From: Bacteroidales bacterium
Lineage (GTDB): Bacteria > Bacteroidota > Bacteroidia > Bacteroidales > VadinHA17
DNA: 64,000 nt
NCBI GenBank assembly: GCA_029932855.1
Contig: JAOZPG010000004.1
Location: 49,148 to 113,147, forward strand
Direction of reading: 5' to 3'
The notes beneath the pieces were generated by a model. It saw nothing but the letters and a program-made list of their open reading frames with translations. It ran no database searches and had not been told where the DNA came from. This document shows positions 59,678 to 64,000 of this stretch, piece by piece. A program made the translations under genes and the position numbers. Each line of letters opens with the position of its first letter. The first letter of the stretch is position 1.

Positions 59678-60850
59678 TTAGTTTTCCTGGCTGAAAAGCT
59701 CTTTAAGCTTAATGCTGAGAGCTTCCCCCCTCAGGTTCTGAGCTATGATCTTTCCTTCCCTGTCAAGAAGAAAGTTGGCTGGTATTCCTTCTATCTGATA
59801 CAGGGGTACTACAGATGAGTTCCAGTATTTCAGGTCGCTTACATGAAGCCATTTGCCCAGTTTGTCATCTGCAATTCCTTTAAGCCAGTTTTCTTTTGTT
59901 TTATCCAGAGAAACCTGAAAAATCTCAAATCCATTGTCTTTGTACTTTTTGTAATTAGCAACCAGGTTAGGGTTTTCCCTGCGACAGGGACTACACCATG
60001 CAGCCCAGAAGTCAAGCAATACAATTTTTCCTTTTGTGTCAGACAAGCGAAGTGTATCGCCGTCAGGATTAGGGAGGGCAATATCGGGAGGAGTTTTTCC
60101 TGTTCCCAGCATATTATTTCTTAATTCGGTAAGCTTGGCACGTTGTTTCATGTCAAGTATGTTCTGATGCAGGCTTTGGACAGGTTCTGATTCAGGGTAT
60201 TTTTCAAATAATATCGAATCCACATTTTCATAATAATTTATATCAGTTGTGGGATCAAGAATATATTGATTAGGACCGACCTGCTGGTATAAGGCTATCA
60301 ATGTTGCAAGAGAACCCGGGTTTTTTTCAATAAAGTTAATAGTGAAGCTTTTCATAGAATCCATTATTGCTTCCGATTTAACATTCAGGTCATCCATTAT
60401 TTCCTGTATGTTAGGACTATTGATGCTGTCGTAATAGGTCTGGCTCAGTTGTGTGAGCTCTTTTATCGAGCCCATCAGCCTTGCGGTATATTCCTGTAAA
60501 AGCCTGGAATCATCAGATCCTTTAACTTCATAATTACTGACCATATCAGTAATATCTGCCTCAATGTTCAATTTTTCACCAGGATGAATAATAAGTGTAA
60601 TATAATTCCTTTGCCCCGAAATAAGCATAAAGAAGTTGGGTGTTTCAAGATCACCGGTAAAAGTAAAATGGCCTTTTTCATCAAGTACAAGCGAATCAAC
60701 TACCTCCAGCTTGTTTTCATTCATTGCCATTAGCTTGATTGTTTCACCGTTTGAATTTTGAAGGTTCCCTTCAATCTTGTAGGATGTTTTATTGCTTGAA
60801 CAAGCAGCGAAACTCATAAGGATAGCTAATCCTATAATTATTTTCTTCAT
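59678..60850 (-). CDS. TlpA-like thiol:disulfide oxidoreductase lipoprotein
   Basis: Lipobox MSFAACSS from the ATG at 60850. The active site is WAAWCSPCR. It has the same two-domain layout as its neighbour. Confidence 0.85.
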   Translation of the reverse strand: MKKIIIGLAILMSFAACSSNKTSYKIEGNLQNSNGETIKLMAMNENKLEVVDSLVLDEKGHFTFTGDLETPNFFMLISGQRNYITLIIHPGEKLNIEADITDMVSNYEVKGSDDSRLLQEYTARLMGSIKELTQLSQTYYDSINSPNIQEIMDDLNVKSEAIMDSMKSFTINFIEKNPGSLATLIALYQQVGPNQYILDPTTDINYYENVDSILFEKYPESEPVQSLHQNILDMKQRAKLTELRNNMLGTGKTPPDIALPNPDGDTLRLSDTKGKIVLLDFWAAWCSPCRRENPNLVANYKKYKDNGFEIFQVSLDKTKENWLKGIADDKLGKWLHVSDLKYWNSSVVPLYQIEGIPANFLLDREGKIIAQNLRGEALSIKLKELFSQEN

Positions 60851-60967
60851 TTTTGGTCTGTTCTTGTATGTTATAAATAAATGATACTCAATTAAGGCGC
60901 GAAGATAATTAAATTTCATGACAATTGAGGGCAGGAGGCCTTTCTGTAATATAAGGCCGGGAGAAGT

Positions 60968-62089
60968 TTAACTTTCTTTAACATTAAAGATCACATTTCT
61001 TTCACTCAGATAGTTTATAATAAAGTTAAAATTGCCGTGGTCTTCACCAAGAAATTCAGGATGATTTACTCCTGCCCGGCTGAATTTGTTTTGAAGCAGG
61101 AGGTTGACTGCTGAAGAACAGGTATAGCCGGTGGTTCTGGCCATGGAGGGAATACTATTCTCTTTGTCGTATCTGTCGAAAAGATTATAAGTATACTGTT
61201 TATTGTTTCCCTCCTGATCTCCGTATACAGTGATTCGCATTACTGTAAAATCCTCTTCACCTGGCTTGAGTTTCCATTTTGGGAACAGGAGGCTGGCAGT
61301 AAGATCTATGGGACGTATCATTTTCCCATTAATATTTATTTCATCATATGAGAAGAAGCCGGATTCCCTAAGTACTTTCAGGTATTCAATGCTTCCGGGG
61401 TATCTCAGGGTCTTTTCTATCATTGAGGGGATCTTCATAGTATGGATCAGTGAACGAAGTCCGTCTGAGTTCCAGGATTCCAGTGTGCCTATACCTTCAA
61501 ATTCCAGTAGCTCTGCATCTGATAAAGCTTGCCTGGTAATTATGTTTCCGTTTTCAACATATCTTGCCGGACGGGTATATTCTTCAATAACATCTATGGG
61601 TGAAAATACAGCCTTGTATTCATATGGCCATTCGCGAATCACCGGCAGGCCTCCCACAAGACATTTAAAACTATCTACTTTCATGGTTTTATTATGATAT
61701 CCCAGGATAATGTTTGACATTCCGGGGGCTATACCACAATCTGTAACTATGCAGAGACCTTTCTTTTTGGCAAGTTCATGCAGGTCAGACGGATCTTCAG
61801 GCATAAAGGATATATCAACCATATTCTTACCTGCTTCTATTATATTCTTCATTAGCTGGTATCCCATAAAACCGGGCACGGCTCCCACTACCAGGTCATA
61901 ATCTTTTACAAGTTTTATTATTATATCATGGTTCGAGATATCCTGTTCTATGAATTTTATATTCTGGCCATGAAGATTTTTATGGGCCTCCGCCTTTATA
62001 TCTACGGCAGTAATATCATAATCTTTTGCAAGGTCCATGGCAATGACACTGCCAACCAGGCCGGTTCCGAGAACTATTATTTTACTCAT
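60968..62089 (-). CDS. Saccharopine dehydrogenase-family NAD(P)-dependent oxidoreductase
   Basis: Rossmann N-terminus MSKIIVLGTGLVGSVIAMDL. Length (373 aa) and layout are typical of the Sacchrp_dh family. Confidence 0.7.
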   Translation of the reverse strand: MSKIIVLGTGLVGSVIAMDLAKDYDITAVDIKAEAHKNLHGQNIKFIEQDISNHDIIIKLVKDYDLVVGAVPGFMGYQLMKNIIEAGKNMVDISFMPEDPSDLHELAKKKGLCIVTDCGIAPGMSNIILGYHNKTMKVDSFKCLVGGLPVIREWPYEYKAVFSPIDVIEEYTRPARYVENGNIITRQALSDAELLEFEGIGTLESWNSDGLRSLIHTMKIPSMIEKTLRYPGSIEYLKVLRESGFFSYDEININGKMIRPIDLTASLLFPKWKLKPGEEDFTVMRITVYGDQEGNNKQYTYNLFDRYDKENSIPSMARTTGYTCSSAVNLLLQNKFSRAGVNHPEFLGEDHGNFNFIINYLSERNVIFNVKES

Positions 62090-62105
62090 TACCTAATAAA
62101 AGTAT

Positions 62106-63581
62106 TTATCCAAGTATTGTTCCTATAATGGTAGCTGATAATAATGAGGCAAGGGTACCGGCGAGTAAAGCTCTCATACCATATTTTGAGAGCAACACCC
62201 TTTGATTTGGTGCCAGTGAGCCTATGCCACCAATCTGTATGCCAATAGAAGCAAAATTGGCAAAGCCGCAAAGCATATAAGTAGCCATAATTATTGATTT
62301 CTGATTTACGAGTTCCCCACTTGCTTTCAGGTCGGAAAGACTTATATAACCGATAAATTCAGTAAGTATGAGTTTCTCGCCAAGTAAGCGGCCAAGCACC
62401 GTTATATCCTCACGGGCAACTCCTATAAGCCACATAAGCGGAGCAAAGAGGTAACCAAGCATGAACTGAAGTGATAACTCATGGTATTTTCCGTCAGTTG
62501 CCTGGGCAATCATATCATTCAGATGCGTGATCTTACCTATCCATACAGTAATAAAATTAAACATGGCAATGAAGGCAATGAACACCAGTAGCATAGCTGC
62601 AACATTGGCGGCAAGCTTCAATCCCTCGGTTGTACCGTTTGATACCGCATCAAGAACATTAGACCCGATCTTGTCGTGGGTAATCTCAATATCCGAGTCA
62701 ATAGCCTCGGTTTGTGGTACAATTATTTTTGAGATAACTATTGCTCCCGGGGCAGCCATTACTGATGCAGCAAGCAGGTGTTTTGCAAATATCAGTCTCT
62801 GGGCAGGGTCATTCCCTCCCAGGAAACCAATATAAGCCGCAAGTACTCCACCTGCCAGGGTTGCCATACCTCCGGCCATGACCAGCAGTATCTCTGATTT
62901 GTTCATCTTCGGAAGATAGGCTTTGATCATCAGAGGAGATTCTGTCTGACCAAGAAAAATATTGCCCGCAACAGAAAGACTTTCCGCCCCTGATAGTTTT
63001 AAAGCTTTTGTCATTAACCAGGCAAGCACATAAACTATTTTTTGAATAATACCCAGGTAGAAAAGGAGGGAAGTAAGGGCAGAGAAAAAGATTATTGTGG
63101 GTAATATCTGGAACGCAAATATCATACCCATCCTGTCAAGATCAAGCAGGTTCCCGAAAAGGAATTCACTACCGGCTTTTGTAAAATCAAGAACCAGTAC
63201 AAAAAGTCGTCCTACAAACTCAAAAGCTTTTCTTATAAATGGGATATACAGTATGCCAACTGCAAGTGATACCTGTATGGCAAGTCCCGTAAATACTATT
63301 TTCCATGAAATAGCAGCCCTGTTGGAGCTAAACAACCAGGCGATAATAATCAAGACAGCCATTCCAAGTAATCCCCTCAGTAGTGTTAGTAAACTGAAAT
63401 GCGGACTATTGTCAATAGCAAGCACCTGTCCCGAACTGTCGATAAGTGAATTCTCAACGGTTTCCACAGCACCTGACAGGGCAGTTGTGTCGGATTGAAT
63501 TAAGCCGGTGGCAGGATTTTGAGCTGAGACAGAAATAAATAGAAGGAGAAATAGTATGAGCAGGGGAAGGACTTTTTTCAT
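62106..63581 (-). CDS. nupC: Concentrative nucleoside transporter (NupC/CNT family) with N-terminal signal-like extension
   Basis: Multi-TM protein with the CNT motifs GNIFLGQTESPL and MAGGMATLAGGVLAAY. Length is 491 aa. Confidence 0.85.
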   Translation of the reverse strand: MKKVLPLLILFLLLFISVSAQNPATGLIQSDTTALSGAVETVENSLIDSSGQVLAIDNSPHFSLLTLLRGLLGMAVLIIIAWLFSSNRAAISWKIVFTGLAIQVSLAVGILYIPFIRKAFEFVGRLFVLVLDFTKAGSEFLFGNLLDLDRMGMIFAFQILPTIIFFSALTSLLFYLGIIQKIVYVLAWLMTKALKLSGAESLSVAGNIFLGQTESPLMIKAYLPKMNKSEILLVMAGGMATLAGGVLAAYIGFLGGNDPAQRLIFAKHLLAASVMAAPGAIVISKIIVPQTEAIDSDIEITHDKIGSNVLDAVSNGTTEGLKLAANVAAMLLVFIAFIAMFNFITVWIGKITHLNDMIAQATDGKYHELSLQFMLGYLFAPLMWLIGVAREDITVLGRLLGEKLILTEFIGYISLSDLKASGELVNQKSIIMATYMLCGFANFASIGIQIGGIGSLAPNQRVLLSKYGMRALLAGTLASLLSATIIGTILG

Positions 63582-64000
63582 TATTTTTTTCTTCGGTTTA
63601 TTTCATTTTGTATTATTGATGCTTTTTCATAATTCTCCAGCCTGATGGCGTCATCAAGCATAGTTTTTAGTTCTGCATCAGGGGTATCCTTAAAATCTTT
63701 ACCCTGGTCTTTTAATGTGGGCTCGGAAGGATAGAAGTCCTGGTGTTCCAGGTCGCTCTCGAACTCATTTTGTTCATCAAGAATGATCCCTGCCTGTTCA
63801 ATTATCTCGCTGGTAGTATAAATAGGACATTTAAACCTCAAAGCCAGGGCAATGGCATCTGATGTACGGGCATCTATTTCTATCTGCCTGTGCCCGTCGC
63901 TGCATGTAAGCCTGGAAAAGAATACTCCTTCATGTAATCTTGAGATATTTACCTCGGTTATTTTTATCTCGTATGATTCTGCAAAACTGTGAAAAAGATC
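63581..64000 (-). CDS. Bifunctional nuclease (DUF151) with C-terminal UVR motif; 5' end beyond window
   Basis: The frame is open to the window end. My translation upstream of the tracked TTG reads ..EIDARTSDAIALALRFKCPIYT.., matching the BFN core. The C-terminus is UVR-like (LDDAIRLENYEKASIIQNEI). Confidence 0.75.
   Translation of the reverse strand, partial: DLFHSFAESYEIKITEVNISRLHEGVFFSRLTCSDGHRQIEIDARTSDAIALALRFKCPIYTTSEIIEQAGIILDEQNEFESDLEHQDFYPSEPTLKDQGKDFKDTPDAELKTMLDDAIRLENYEKASIIQNEINRRKK

Noticed and set aside
1-64000. Search for mobile elements, defence islands, tRNA/rRNA genes and prophage remnants
   Set aside because: I found no integrase, transposase, recombinase, restriction-modification or Cas-like motifs, no tRNA-like T-arm (GGTTCGAATCC-type) sequences, and no flanking long direct repeats. 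Detection by eye is limited, so small ncRNAs cannot be excluded.

Overview
This is a densely coding chromosomal segment of a low-GC, Bacteroidota-type genome. Supporting signs are a SusC/SusD pair, two proteins with T9SS C-terminal sorting domains, dnaE-trxA synteny, a long-tailed ribosomal protein S16 and TAnnTTTG-like -7 boxes. I call about 50 CDS, one disrupted gene, one perfect coding tandem repeat, a few hairpin terminators and weak promoter candidates. By eye I found no rRNA, tRNA, CRISPR array, transposase or integrase. Housekeeping genes include dnaE, trxA, rpsP, rimM, tsaC, mutL, lpxH, hppA, a comM-like gene, two rhomboid proteases, two TlpA-like oxidoreductases and a nupC-like transporter. 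Two accessory regions stand out. (1) Region ~1.7-25.4 kb holds a tight poly-gamma-glutamate (PGA) synthase operon: pgsB, pgsC and a third membrane protein that is not PgsA. The operon also carries an M14/AstE-like hydrolase, a 183-aa unknown protein and a T9SS-exported zinc-hydrolase-like protein. It is flanked by a secreted GGT, a secreted FGase-like hydrolase, an orphan DctM-like permease, a stand-alone SusC/SusD pair and an internally duplicated beta-helix T9SS protein. Next comes a four-gene unit: a signal-peptide-bearing glutamate-racemase paralog, a sensor kinase, a sigma-54 activator and a Cys/His hydrolase-like lipoprotein. Together these look like an undescribed Bacteroidota system for making, remodelling and sensing PGA in the cell envelope. 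That reading is inference from gene content. (2) Region 35.4-42.6 kb is a surface-glycan locus with a sialic acid/KDN 9-phosphate-type pathway, a GT52-like sialyltransferase, a TagF-like transferase, a nucleotidyltransferase and a pyruvyl transferase. Smaller oddities are a disrupted Cache-HAMP-PP2C gene, a tandem RsbW/SiaB-like kinase-fold protein, a Kv-type channel with a zinc ribbon and a TlpA paralog lacking CXXC.
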